From Candidatus Omnitrophota bacterium (GTDB lineage: Bacteria > Omnitrophota > Gorgyraeia > 2-01-FULL-45-10), in NCBI GenBank assembly GCA_903843285.1, contig CAIMPC010000016.1, positions 1,075-65,074 of the forward strand: DNA of 64,000 nucleotides, in the 5' to 3' direction. Both the position numbers and the translations under genes were made by a program. Below, in pieces: positions 45,091-55,008 of the stretch (positions within the stretch are counted from its first letter, which is position 1; every line of letters begins with the position of its first letter). The notes beneath the pieces were generated by a model. The model ran no database searches and was not told the DNA's origin. It was given only the letters and a program-made list of their open reading frames with translations.

Positions 45091-45321
45091 TTAGATCTTA
45101 CCTGACAGACTGAACGCGAAGACGAGCGCGTATATTGTTATAGCCTCGATAAATGCGCAGCCTGTAGCCATGTTAATAAGTATCTTCATGGATGCTTCAG
45201 GCTGTCTGCCGGTAGCCTCCATTGCCGATGCGACCGCTTTACCGAGCCCTATAGCCGATCCGAAAGCCGCTATTCCCAACCCTATGGGAAGCCCGAATGC
45301 CAACATTGCTTTATACTCCAT
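45091..45321 (-). CDS. atpE: Fo c subunit (H+-type)
   Basis: RQPE loop and IEAITIY; lacks the Q and ES/ET Na+ ligands. Confidence 0.95.
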   Translation of the reverse strand: MEYKAMLAFGLPIGLGIAAFGSAIGLGKAVASAMEATGRQPEASMKILINMATGCAFIEAITIYALVFAFSLSGKI

Positions 45322-46084
45322 GACCTACCTCCTTTTTTTCGTTTTCATGGGTTAACACCAACGCAAAATATATCGTAGTTAAAAGACAGAAGACGCACGC
45401 CTGTACCACCGCGGCCAACAGAGCCAATAAAGTATTGAAGAGCAGGAGCGGAATGCCTTTAAGCCCGAACCCTGCCAGGATGGTTAATAACATATCATCC
45501 CCCCATATGTTGGAACGCAGACGCAGTGATAAGCTTATAGGCCTGATCAACTCCGCTATCGTATGAAGGAAAAACATTAGTATGGGTATCACGACCGAAG
45601 CCGCGAGAACCCCCCTGGGATTGCCAAGGAGATGATCTATGAATCCGAAAAAACCCAGCTCCTTAAATCCGGTGTATTGAAGATATATAAATACGCATAT
45701 GGCGAGAGCGAGGGTTACTGACCAACTGGACGTCGGGGCTTTCATAAAAGGAACCAGGCTTATGAGGTTCATAAATAATATATAGACGAAGAGCGTGCCA
45801 ATGAACGGCGTGAAACGCCTTCCCTTAGGACCCAGTATGCCGCAGACAAATGCGTCGAGGCCTCCGGCTATCATTTCGAATGCGGATTGCAGCCTCCCGG
45901 GTATCATCTTAAGTTGACGTGATGCGAAGATGGTTAAAAGTGATATTGCGCATATTGAGATAATAGAAAATATTACGGAATCATAATGCGCCAGGCTCCG
46001 GAAGATAGGAATATCTTTAAAATGGTCGCAAATGATGCTTACTAAATTAGGAAGCTCACTATGCGCTACGCCCGCTTCGGCCAT
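45311..46084 (-). CDS. atpB: Fo a subunit
   Basis: RPISLSLRL..N and VQA.VF.LL...Y motifs. Confidence 0.93.
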   Translation of the reverse strand: MAEAGVAHSELPNLVSIICDHFKDIPIFRSLAHYDSVIFSIISICAISLLTIFASRQLKMIPGRLQSAFEMIAGGLDAFVCGILGPKGRRFTPFIGTLFVYILFMNLISLVPFMKAPTSSWSVTLALAICVFIYLQYTGFKELGFFGFIDHLLGNPRGVLAASVVIPILMFFLHTIAELIRPISLSLRLRSNIWGDDMLLTILAGFGLKGIPLLLFNTLLALLAAVVQACVFCLLTTIYFALVLTHENEKKEVGHGV

Positions 46085-46416
46085 ATATTTACCACCCCTA
46101 TTACTAACAAGGCCACACCTACTCCGGATAAAATACTCATGATCGGAAATAATTTTGAAATCAGTATAAAGAAACCTATTAAATATAGCACAGGAAATTT
46201 AATTATGAGAGAAAATTTTACTCCCTTTGGATCTTTCCGCAGCATAGCAATTTCGAACAATCCCACCGTTAAAGCGAAATTTATAACACACCATATGACG
46301 CCTATCATAAAACCTGATGCCCAGGCGAGGTCTTTCTGCAGAAGGACTATTCCGGCAATGACAGATCCGATCAAATATGAGAATTTCATCACCTTCCTCA
46401 CCACATTGTTCATCAC
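46066..46416 (-). CDS. atpI: ATP synthase protein I-like membrane protein
   Basis: 4 TM segments, directly upstream of atpB. Confidence 0.65.
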   Translation of the reverse strand: MMNNVVRKVMKFSYLIGSVIAGIVLLQKDLAWASGFMIGVIWCVINFALTVGLFEIAMLRKDPKGVKFSLIIKFPVLYLIGFFILISKLFPIMSILSGVGVALLVIGVVNIWPKRA

Positions 46417-46643
46417 TATTCCTCGGACTTCAATGTAATTTTAATTATCTTCACGATCTCCTGGATGCTGGCAACGAAACCCAGCACAACCAATATTATA
46501 GCTGTATATCCGGGAAAGTGCATCTTTTTTATAAGAATCTCCGCGACCAAATACCCACCAAGAGGCCCCCCCGCTAAGACCAGAGGAATTATACCGAGAA
46601 GACCGGCCGTCCGGATCCATTTAAACATGTCTTTGTCGCTCAT
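46416..46643 (-). CDS. AtpZ/AtpI-family small membrane protein
   Basis: 2 TM segments, GG.LGGYL motif; operon position. Confidence 0.65.
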   Translation of the reverse strand: MSDKDMFKWIRTAGLLGIIPLVLAGGPLGGYLVAEILIKKMHFPGYTAIILVVLGFVASIQEIVKIIKITLKSEE

Positions 46644-47141
46644 TTAGCGTATTGCCTTAGCAACCGTAGCGGCTACTTTCTTCGCTGATACCTCCACACT
46701 CTTAGAGATCTTTTTACCGAAGTCTATGTTTTTAGGCTGGATACCTATTATAGTTGAACCGCAGCCGCATGACACCGTTAAATAGTCTATAAGTATCTTG
46801 GCCGGTATTTTATGTGTGGAGAATGATGCCCCTTCCGCTACCTCCTCGGGCTTAAACAGGTATACGGATCCGGCTTTTTTGCCGCCGTCAAGGGTATCGA
46901 TGAGGATTATATGTGAGGGTTTGAACTTCTTTATTTCACCGGTGAGATTTTCAGGAGCTGTCTCTCCAAAAAATATCTTTACGGAACTGCGCTTCTTTTG
47001 CTTTTTCAGGATCTTCTTAAGATCTTCTGCCGCCAGCATTCCTGCAATATCATCGGCTCTAAGCGTGGAGCCGATAGCAAGCACTGCTATCCTATCCGAA
47101 CCCGACAGCCTATTTGTCAGTATCTTTTTTAACGTCCGCAC
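46644..47141 (-). CDS. hycI: hydrogenase maturation endopeptidase HycI-like
   Basis: IGS.LRADD, PENLT, FSTH, GIQP motifs. Confidence 0.88.
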   Translation of the reverse strand: MRTLKKILTNRLSGSDRIAVLAIGSTLRADDIAGMLAAEDLKKILKKQKKRSSVKIFFGETAPENLTGEIKKFKPSHIILIDTLDGGKKAGSVYLFKPEEVAEGASFSTHKIPAKILIDYLTVSCGCGSTIIGIQPKNIDFGKKISKSVEVSAKKVAATVAKAIR

Positions 47142-47487
47142 AGAATGTCACCTTAAGTTTATTCTTATCGAGAACTGCGAGTTCGAATTCCTTAGTGGAT
47201 TCCAGCGCTTTCTTTATGCAAGAGTCTACGCACTGGGCGCAGTATATACATTTGGCCAGGTCAAACTGCGCCTCAAATTTCTTATCACCCACTTTCACTA
47301 TCTTAATGGCATTGGACGGGCAATCCCTTTCGCACATCTTACATCCTATACATAGCTCCGGGTGAAAATTTATTTTTCCCCTGTAATGAGCCGGCATCTC
47401 GCTCTTTTTAAACGGGTATTGCGACGTGGCGGACTTCTTAAAGAGAGATTGCAATACTTGTACCAACATCTTGCCTGGCCTTATCAT
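47110..47487 (-). CDS. 2x[4Fe-4S] NuoI/EchF-like subunit
   Basis: CIGCKMCERDCP and CIYCAQCVDSC; start overlaps the upstream stop (ATGA). Confidence 0.9.
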   Translation of the reverse strand: MIRPGKMLVQVLQSLFKKSATSQYPFKKSEMPAHYRGKINFHPELCIGCKMCERDCPSNAIKIVKVGDKKFEAQFDLAKCIYCAQCVDSCIKKALESTKEFELAVLDKNKLKVTFCADVKKDTDK

Positions 47488-48425
47488 ATCGCAAGCACCC
47501 CTTTTAAGATCAGACATATGAGCATCTGAAGAAACGCAAGCGGTGAAACTATTTTCCAGCAGAACTCAACCATTTGATCCATTCTGAATCTGGCGAATAT
47601 AGTGCGTGATAAGGATAGTATAGAGATGATAAATAGAAGCTTTCCCACATATAATAAAATTCCGAGCGCGGGTGTCAGTTGTAACCCAAACGGCAGATAG
47701 ACAGCGGATACCAGCGAGGCTCCGACGATAGTTTCGATATTGATTGAAAGCTTAAACATTGCCAATAATCTTCCGCTGTATTCGGTGAATGTGCCTCCGA
47801 CTATTTCTGTCTCGGCTTCGGGTATATCGAATGGCACCTTCTCTAATTTCCCCAGGAGGGCTATAAGGGATATCGCGAATCCTAAAAGATTGAACATCCA
47901 ATACCAGTGATGGTGGCTGTAAAATTTGGCCATTTCGCTAAGCGACCACGTGTTGGCCAGTAGCGCCGGAGCCAATATGCACATTAAAAGAGGTACCTCG
48001 TAAGCAAATAGCTGAGTAAGCGATCTGATGGCTCCGATCTTAGAGTAGAGAGACGTCGAGTACCATCCGCCCAAAAAATATGTGAGAGTCGGTATCGTCA
48101 GTAAATATATAGTTACGATGAGATCTCCATTGAATGAATATAGCGCATGTGTGCTCCATAATGGTATATAGAACGAAGCTGTTATGGTCGAAGTCAGCGC
48201 GAATATAGGCATCGCCCTAAACATTCTGGGATTAGCTTCCGTAGGTACCACGTCTTCCTTTGAAACGAGTTTAATAAAATCAGCCCATGGCTGAAACCAT
48301 GGCGGCCCTGTGCGGTTTTGCATCCTCGCATACAGCTTCCTATCTATAAACTCCGCTGACATGCCGGCTACGCCAAGAAAAATAATTCCGGGAAAAACCA
48401 GAAGATTAAATATACTGATTAACAT
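47484..48425 (-). CDS. NuoH/EchB-like membrane subunit
   Basis: RMQNRTGPP, PFDIPEAETE, TEYSG motifs. Confidence 0.92.
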   Translation of the reverse strand: MLISIFNLLVFPGIIFLGVAGMSAEFIDRKLYARMQNRTGPPWFQPWADFIKLVSKEDVVPTEANPRMFRAMPIFALTSTITASFYIPLWSTHALYSFNGDLIVTIYLLTIPTLTYFLGGWYSTSLYSKIGAIRSLTQLFAYEVPLLMCILAPALLANTWSLSEMAKFYSHHHWYWMFNLLGFAISLIALLGKLEKVPFDIPEAETEIVGGTFTEYSGRLLAMFKLSINIETIVGASLVSAVYLPFGLQLTPALGILLYVGKLLFIISILSLSRTIFARFRMDQMVEFCWKIVSPLAFLQMLICLILKGVLAI

Positions 48426-49646
48426 TTATAACCTTTCAGCAAGTTTTTTATTAATGGCGGAGAAGTCCATTCCTTTGGATCTGTGCCATTCGATACCATA
48501 CAAGCGGAGGTCTTCCCACTTCATACTGCCAAGAGTTTCGCTCTTAGAACTATTAACACTTATAAGCCTGTCTGTACAAGAGAAACACGGATCAATGGCG
48601 GCGATCACTATCGGAAGATCCGCAAGCTGGCCGTCTTCAAGCATCTTAGCGACAGTCTGTACGTTTGCTAAAGTCGGAGCCCTGACTTTTACTCTCTCGG
48701 GCTTGTCGGTACCGTTCGATTTCACATAATGGACATCTTCACCCCTGGGAGCTTCATAACGGCTGAAGGCCTCACCTACGGGTATCTTTCGGGGGGCTTT
48801 AACAGAAATGAGCCCTTCCGGCAGGTTCTTTATAGCCGTGCGTATCAGGCGGTATGACTCCATCAGCTCGCCCAATCTCACGAGCGTCCTGCCATAGACA
48901 TCGTTATGGTCGTCCGTCACTATCTTAAAATCAAGTTCGTCGTAAGCAGCATACGGATCATCGGCTCTGGTGTCCCTTGCGACATCAGAAGCGCGAGCGG
49001 TCGGACCCACGGCGCCCAGCGATAGCGCATCATTATGAGAGAGAACTCCCACGCCTGATAATCTCTGTATTAAAGTGGACTCTTCTTTACAGACCTGGAT
49101 GTAATATTTAGTCCTCTCTTCGAGTATATCTACAGATTTTAATATATCTGTTATGTGCTGTTTTTCAAGATCTCTCTTAACTCCTCCGATGAGGTTTATG
49201 CCATAGTTAACACGATTTCCGGTAAGCTCCGCGAGTATATCCATGACGACTTCGCGATCGCGCCATGTGTACATAAGCAGTGTGTCGAATCCTACTTCAT
49301 GTCCTGCAACACCCAGCCATAATAAATGGCTGTGTATTCTTTCGAGTTCGCCTATGATGGAGCGGATATAAAGAGCCCTCTTCGGAACCTGCAACCCGGC
49401 TATCTCCTCAACAGCCTGAACAAAGCATGTAGAATGGGTATGTGAACATATGCCGCATATGCGCTCAATAAGATAGACATCCTGCAGGTATGTTCTCTCC
49501 TCGCAGGCCTTTTCTATACCGCGATGATTGTACCCGAGCCGTGCGCTGAATGCCATTATTCTTTCACCGCTCAATGTAACGCTAAAGCTTTCCGGCTCTT
49601 TTAATGCAGGGTGCTGTGGGCCTATAGGTATTACTACTTTACGCAT
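48426..49646 (-). CDS. group 4 [NiFe]-hydrogenase large subunit
   Basis: GPQHP, ERICGICSHTH (L1), DPCFSCTDR (L2) plus cleavable C-terminal tail; ATG 49646 behind GGAGG. Confidence 0.93.
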   Translation of the reverse strand: MRKVVIPIGPQHPALKEPESFSVTLSGERIMAFSARLGYNHRGIEKACEERTYLQDVYLIERICGICSHTHSTCFVQAVEEIAGLQVPKRALYIRSIIGELERIHSHLLWLGVAGHEVGFDTLLMYTWRDREVVMDILAELTGNRVNYGINLIGGVKRDLEKQHITDILKSVDILEERTKYYIQVCKEESTLIQRLSGVGVLSHNDALSLGAVGPTARASDVARDTRADDPYAAYDELDFKIVTDDHNDVYGRTLVRLGELMESYRLIRTAIKNLPEGLISVKAPRKIPVGEAFSRYEAPRGEDVHYVKSNGTDKPERVKVRAPTLANVQTVAKMLEDGQLADLPIVIAAIDPCFSCTDRLISVNSSKSETLGSMKWEDLRLYGIEWHRSKGMDFSAINKKLAERL

Positions 49647-49647
49647 A

Positions 49648-50139
49648 TTATTTCGCCTCCTTAACCTGAGTTTCTGCAGTATCGATTTTCGCGCCCTTAG
49701 GCTTCCAATCCTTCCTGAGAGGATGTTCGCCTTTCGGCCAATCGTCGGGAAGCGGGTAACGGTTACCTTCCGGAAGCCCTTCAACCTTCACCCCCAGTAA
49801 ATCTTCCAGTTCCCGCTCATAAATATCTGCATTTGTAAAATATTGCAATATGGAATTAATTACGGGCTTGTCTTTGGGTACGGAGTACTTAAGGCTGAAA
49901 GTAATTCCGTCGGTGCGAGACATATGATATATGAAGCCGAGAGTAGAACCCTCGTCTAAGCCTGTTATCGTGCAGAGTACAGAAAATCCCAGATTATCCT
50001 TAGCATAAGCAAAGACTTGTTCGAATTTATCGGGTGTAACGTCGGCCACGACCCTTCTGATGCGCTGAACTTTAGCCTTATCCTGTAAAAGCGGAAACTC
50101 GCTCGTGAGGCTTTGGACTATTTCATCTTCTTTACTCAT
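49648..50139 (-). CDS. NuoC/EchD-like subunit
   Basis: YERE..DLLG and HPLRKDW motifs. Confidence 0.9.
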   Translation of the reverse strand: MSKEDEIVQSLTSEFPLLQDKAKVQRIRRVVADVTPDKFEQVFAYAKDNLGFSVLCTITGLDEGSTLGFIYHMSRTDGITFSLKYSVPKDKPVINSILQYFTNADIYERELEDLLGVKVEGLPEGNRYPLPDDWPKGEHPLRKDWKPKGAKIDTAETQVKEAK

Positions 50140-50584
50140 CGGATTTCTTCTCGCTCTCTTCCAAACTTGCCAATAATTTAACGACACCATCAATTATAGC
50201 TTTAGGACTGGCCGGACATCCGGGTATATAGGCAGAGACAGGGATGACTGCATCTATCCCTGACTCAACACTGTAACATCCGTCAAATACTCCACCTGAG
50301 CATGAACAGCTCCCTACGGCTATTACAAACTTTGGCTCAGCCATCTGGTCGTATACTCTCTTTAACCGATCTCTCGTCTGTCTGGTAACGGGGCCGGAGC
50401 AGACCAGGACGTCGGCATGTTTAGGCGCGCCTTTAATCTGGATCCCGAAGCGCTCCACATCATACGTCGGCGTCAATGCGGCCACTATTTCAATATCACA
50501 TGCGTTACAGGCGCCGGTATTGAAATGGATTATCCATGGTGACTTTATCCTGGACCAGTTAACTATCTTATCAACGATATTCAT
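50132..50584 (-). CDS. [NiFe]-hydrogenase small subunit (NuoB/EchC-like)
   Basis: CNACDIE, GSC...GG, YIPGCP motifs. Confidence 0.92.
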   Translation of the reverse strand: MNIVDKIVNWSRIKSPWIIHFNTGACNACDIEIVAALTPTYDVERFGIQIKGAPKHADVLVCSGPVTRQTRDRLKRVYDQMAEPKFVIAVGSCSCSGGVFDGCYSVESGIDAVIPVSAYIPGCPASPKAIIDGVVKLLASLEESEKKSDE

Positions 50585-50585
50585 A

Positions 50586-50918
50586 TCATCTCCTGAAAAG
50601 AATGGTAAGCCCTGCGAGCGCGCCTGCGAGATATATTAATGCGATAGCAAAAGAGTTCATCGTTTCGACCGGAATCGTAGCTATGGTCAGCGCTACGACG
50701 TGCAGTACTGTAAATAGAAACGCAAACGGAAAGAATTGGCTATAGTCGGGTTGCATGAGATGCGTCTTTACGTCCTCACCGCAGGCGTAAGATGTCCCTA
50801 TATCGGCCGCGCGGTTCTTAGATCTGAACGAAATATTAGATAAGATTCCGGAAAAGAGCGAAACTATCGCCAATACTATTATGAAACATACCGGAGGTGT
50901 GAATATTATATTATTCAT
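50586..50918 (-). CDS. NuoA-like membrane subunit
   Basis: YACGED loop, 3 TM segments. Confidence 0.7.
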   Translation of the reverse strand: MNNIIFTPPVCFIIVLAIVSLFSGILSNISFRSKNRAADIGTSYACGEDVKTHLMQPDYSQFFPFAFLFTVLHVVALTIATIPVETMNSFAIALIYLAGALAGLTILFRR

Positions 50919-50921
50919 CTG

Positions 50922-51242
50922 CTACCCCTTCAGCCTTTTAAGTCCTCGTATATCGAGATTATCGTTATATCTAAATGATCTTAATGCAATACCTCCGGCA
51001 ACAACGGCAACCACGACCTCTATGACTATTATAGTTATGACCATAGCCTGCGTCACCGAAGTACGGCCCGAGACATAACCTACCAGTATCATCAGAAGCG
51101 TAACTGCTTTTATCAGTAGCTCAAGGCCTATTATGGCGCGTATAATATTGCGAGAGACCAGCATGCAGTAAAGTCCGCAGACGAACGTCAAAATTATAAA
51201 GAAGCCGAATGTTAGAAATATTTGCCAGTAATCACCACTCAT
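50922..51242 (-). CDS. NuoK/MrpC-like subunit
   Basis: NIIRAIIGLE and IVIEVV motifs; 3 TM segments. Confidence 0.78.
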   Translation of the reverse strand: MSGDYWQIFLTFGFFIILTFVCGLYCMLVSRNIIRAIIGLELLIKAVTLLMILVGYVSGRTSVTQAMVITIIVIEVVVAVVAGGIALRSFRYNDNLDIRGLKRLKG

Positions 51243-51741
51243 CTCTTCTTCTCTCCTCAAATAGTATTACGACCCCCAGGGCTCCTATGATGACTACTAT
51301 TATCTGCCCCAACATATCGAGTTGGCGCATATCCCACATTACGCGCCTCACATCAAGCTCGGGTGTCGTTACCGGTGGGATTATTATATTATTTCGAATC
51401 CTTATAAACGTGAGCGCAATACTAATTACGATCAATAATATGGGAAGATAGCCAAATCTCTTATTTCTCTCTTTTGATAACTCCACAATCTCTTTATTCG
51501 TAAGAGGTTTAGTAAGGCTTATCGTGCTGACAAATACGACGGTTATCAGGCCGGTACAGACGGAGAGCTCGAATACCGCTGCCAGAGGCGAGTTTAATCT
51601 AAACATAAGAATGGTTACGACGGCGCTGGTAAGTGCGAGGCCTATCGTCGCCTTAAGCAGACTTCTGCCCATTACCGTCCAAAGAACCGCGATAAGCATA
51701 ACCAGTAGAAGTAGCGTATTTATAGAGATATGAGAGATCAC
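51232..51741 (-). CDS. NuoJ/MrpB-like subunit
   Basis: AAVFELSV..GL and W..R.LD..GQ motifs. Confidence 0.72.
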   Translation of the reverse strand: MISHISINTLLLLVMLIAVLWTVMGRSLLKATIGLALTSAVVTILMFRLNSPLAAVFELSVCTGLITVVFVSTISLTKPLTNKEIVELSKERNKRFGYLPILLIVISIALTFIRIRNNIIIPPVTTPELDVRRVMWDMRQLDMLGQIIVVIIGALGVVILFEERRRDEW

Positions 51742-53168
51742 CTAATTATAAGCTCCTGTATTGGCGCTATGAATTTATTGAATACTAACGGGAAAAATAC
51801 GCCTGAGCCGATTATTATTACCGCGAGCATGATCGATGCAGTCGAGATACCTATTCTGGCCTCGTCGATATTCTCGTTCTCAATGGATAGCTTTCCGAAG
51901 AATACTTTTCTTTGCATAATTAGCAGATAAGCCAAAGTGATTACACTGGCCATTATCGCTATAAAAGAATATGTTTTACTGCCGGATTGCCATAACGCTA
52001 CTATTATCATTAGCTTTGACCAGAATCCCGCTAAAGGCGGCACTCCTGCGGCCGAAAGCATACCTATTACCGACGTTGTGCCGGTTATGGGCATTTTGGA
52101 TGATAGCCCACCCATCTTATTCATATCCGTGGTGCCGAGCCTCGTCTCAACCGCGGCCGAATTCACAAATAGAAGCGACTTAAATATGGAGTGATTAAAG
52201 ATGTGGAATATAGCGCCTGCGATACCCAGGAAGGTTCCACAGCCGAAACCTAAAATAATATAGCCGACCTGGCTTATGCTTGAATACGCGAGCATCCTCT
52301 TCATATCATTTTGTCCGATGGCGGCCAATGCTCCAAATACTATCGATAATGCTCCCAGGGCCAAAAGAATGGTTTTCAGGGACGGATCGAAGCCAAATAC
52401 TGCGATTAGCAGACGTATAAGAGTGTATATGCCCACCGTCTTTGTCACTATTCCACCCAGTAGCACAGAAACAGCGGCCGGCGCTGAGCTATAAGCATCC
52501 GGCACCCATGCATGAAACGGCACCAACCCTCCTTTTATGGCAAGTCCGCATACGAATAGACCGATCGCAAATAGTATAATGTTATTGTTCGCTAAATTCA
52601 GGGCTTGCCTTATGGCTTCGAACGATGTACTGCCTGAAACCATAAATAGAAGCGCGATCGATGTGAGCAGCATTATAGTGGCTATTGCGGAGAGTATCAA
52701 ATATTTAAAGGATCCCTCGATTGCATTCCTATCTTTTTCTAACGCTATCAGAACAAATGACGCCAGTGCGGTTATTTCGAGGAATATATAAAGAGTGAAA
52801 ATGTCTTTCACTAATACTATTCCATTCATCCCTATTGACGTTATGATAAGCAGATTCACGAACTTGAAGAGCTCTTTCTCGTCATAAATAGTATGGCGGG
52901 CCACGAGCAAGCTCGCTATTGAGACTATTCCGATACAGAGAAGCATGATGAAGCTAATTTGATCCATAGAGAGGCTGACTTTAAAGAATGTATCGATTTG
53001 CTTCATTTCGACATTCCATAACACGGGATGGCGGCAGGCGGCCAACAGTATCTGGCTAATGAAAATAAGGAGAGCGAACCAGAATGCAAGCCTTCTCGCC
53101 GGGGCTCTGGCGGACAGGTTCAGGATCACTATTCCTATGAGCGGAACCAATATAAGTAATGATAACAT
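51738..53168 (-). CDS. antiporter-like subunit (NuoN/MrpD type)
   Basis: FLEI, KGGLVPFHAWVPDAY, KRMLAYSSISQ motifs. Confidence 0.9.
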   Translation of the reverse strand: MLSLLILVPLIGIVILNLSARAPARRLAFWFALLIFISQILLAACRHPVLWNVEMKQIDTFFKVSLSMDQISFIMLLCIGIVSIASLLVARHTIYDEKELFKFVNLLIITSIGMNGIVLVKDIFTLYIFLEITALASFVLIALEKDRNAIEGSFKYLILSAIATIMLLTSIALLFMVSGSTSFEAIRQALNLANNNIILFAIGLFVCGLAIKGGLVPFHAWVPDAYSSAPAAVSVLLGGIVTKTVGIYTLIRLLIAVFGFDPSLKTILLALGALSIVFGALAAIGQNDMKRMLAYSSISQVGYIILGFGCGTFLGIAGAIFHIFNHSIFKSLLFVNSAAVETRLGTTDMNKMGGLSSKMPITGTTSVIGMLSAAGVPPLAGFWSKLMIIVALWQSGSKTYSFIAIMASVITLAYLLIMQRKVFFGKLSIENENIDEARIGISTASIMLAVIIIGSGVFFPLVFNKFIAPIQELIIR

Positions 53169-53183
53169 ATGTTCGACCAGCCT

Positions 53184-55004
53184 TTATTTTAATAATAGCG
53201 ATATTACTACCGCGGTTGCTACTAATGACCAAATAATATACGTCTTAACGCTTCCATCGTGCAAGCCTCGTATTATGGCTGATGCGTAATCAGTTATCGT
53301 TGGGATGAAAGAATCATATATCCAATTTGTAGCCTTATCGCACGTACTCAGGCAGTAAGCAAAAATGGTCGTTGCCCCCATCCCTATATTATAAGGATCG
53401 AGCACTCCTCTTTCAGCCTTATCGTAAACTGTGCTCAGTATTGGGGCATGGTGAATATGATCTACAGCCTTAAGTCCACTGCCCGTGCGTTTTACGCCAT
53501 ACATATGATTAAGCACAGCGGCAATAAGAACTGCTATTGTTACCCATACTATCGTGGTATTTGTGGGCCAGCCGGCGAAGTTATAATCCTCAAGCCTTGA
53601 TCCTAAGATCGGCTGGATCAAATATTTTAATGGAATCGAGTTCCATAATCCGAATATAACGCACAGGGATGCGATCGTTATCATAGGCGCTAACATTGAT
53701 ATGGGCGCCTCTTTAACATCTTCCCTATTTGCCCTACCCATAAACGCCGCATGGCCAAGCTTTAAGAACGAAGCCGCCGTTAGGAACGACCCGAGCACAG
53801 CCGCAATATAGAATATCATACCTCTTTCCAGGGCGCCATCATATATAAGCTCTTTAGAGAAAAACCCGTTGAATGGCGGTACTCCTGATATCGAAGCAGC
53901 CGTTATGATAAAACATATAAATGTAATCGGCATCATTCTGCCCAGTCCACCCAGCTTCTCCAGGTCTGTAGTTCCGGCCTGTTTTTCAACGGAGCCCCCG
54001 GTCAAGAATAAACAACTCTTATACATGGCATGGTTGATCATATGGAATAATCCGCCAACTATTCCGATAGGCACGAGCGTTCCGATGCCAAGTATCATAT
54101 ACCCTACCTGACTTATGGCGTGATAAGACAATAATCTCTTATAATCCTTCTGTATTAATGCCATCAGAACCGCGCCCAATATCGTGATGGCTCCGACCGT
54201 CATAAGCGTATAACTAGCCCATGAATTATGAGAAAGTTTAAACATGTCCAGAGATATTCTAGCCAGTAAATATATGCCCAACAACTTTTCAAGAGCGGCC
54301 GGCAATATGGCCATAAAAGGTAAATGGGCGTCAAGCGCGGCGTCCGGTATCCACGTGTGGAATGGCATTGATCCGGCCTTAGCAATCGCGCCAATAACCA
54401 TTAATATGAATGCCAGACCGCCTATACCACCAACTCCAATACATATATTTGACATCGTAAATGTTCCTGCAATATGGCCGCAGATCGCAATGCCTGCCAT
54501 CAAACATAGATCGCTGATGCCGACGATGATAAAGGCCTTAGTAGCTGTCTTATAAGCGGCCTTATTTCCTATTGCTATCATTCCCCACAGCGTAACAAGT
54601 AAGGCCTCCCAAAAGAATAGCATAAGGACGAGATTGTTCGACAATACTGCGCCATTGACCAGAGATAGTGAAATCAGGAGGAGGCCGAAAAAGATGCCGG
54701 AATTAGATTTCTCGCGCATGAACGCCACGGAATACAGAGTGATCAGAAATCCAAATCCCGCAGATGCCAGGATTATAAAGGCGCTGAATTGGTATAGCCT
54801 GAGCGAAAACTCAAAACCGAAGCTTGCCCAAGGCACCGTGAAAGAAAAATTACTCTTAAATATCATGGCTGTGGCCACCAGATTGGCAAACGTGACTAGT
54901 AATGCTGTTATATCCTTAGGCCATTTGGAATTGCGGAGGAAAATTAATACCACAGATCCGGCGAGAAGCGGGACAAATATCAGTGAAAGTAGAATATTTT
55001 CCAT
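53184..55004 (-). CDS. antiporter-like subunit (NuoL/MrpA type, long C-terminal extension)
   Basis: FWE, PFHTWIPDA, PPFNGFFSKE motifs; C-terminal helix and TM. Confidence 0.9.
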   Translation of the reverse strand: MENILLSLIFVPLLAGSVVLIFLRNSKWPKDITALLVTFANLVATAMIFKSNFSFTVPWASFGFEFSLRLYQFSAFIILASAGFGFLITLYSVAFMREKSNSGIFFGLLLISLSLVNGAVLSNNLVLMLFFWEALLVTLWGMIAIGNKAAYKTATKAFIIVGISDLCLMAGIAICGHIAGTFTMSNICIGVGGIGGLAFILMVIGAIAKAGSMPFHTWIPDAALDAHLPFMAILPAALEKLLGIYLLARISLDMFKLSHNSWASYTLMTVGAITILGAVLMALIQKDYKRLLSYHAISQVGYMILGIGTLVPIGIVGGLFHMINHAMYKSCLFLTGGSVEKQAGTTDLEKLGGLGRMMPITFICFIITAASISGVPPFNGFFSKELIYDGALERGMIFYIAAVLGSFLTAASFLKLGHAAFMGRANREDVKEAPISMLAPMITIASLCVIFGLWNSIPLKYLIQPILGSRLEDYNFAGWPTNTTIVWVTIAVLIAAVLNHMYGVKRTGSGLKAVDHIHHAPILSTVYDKAERGVLDPYNIGMGATTIFAYCLSTCDKATNWIYDSFIPTITDYASAIIRGLHDGSVKTYIIWSLVATAVVISLLLK

Positions 55005-55008
55005 AACT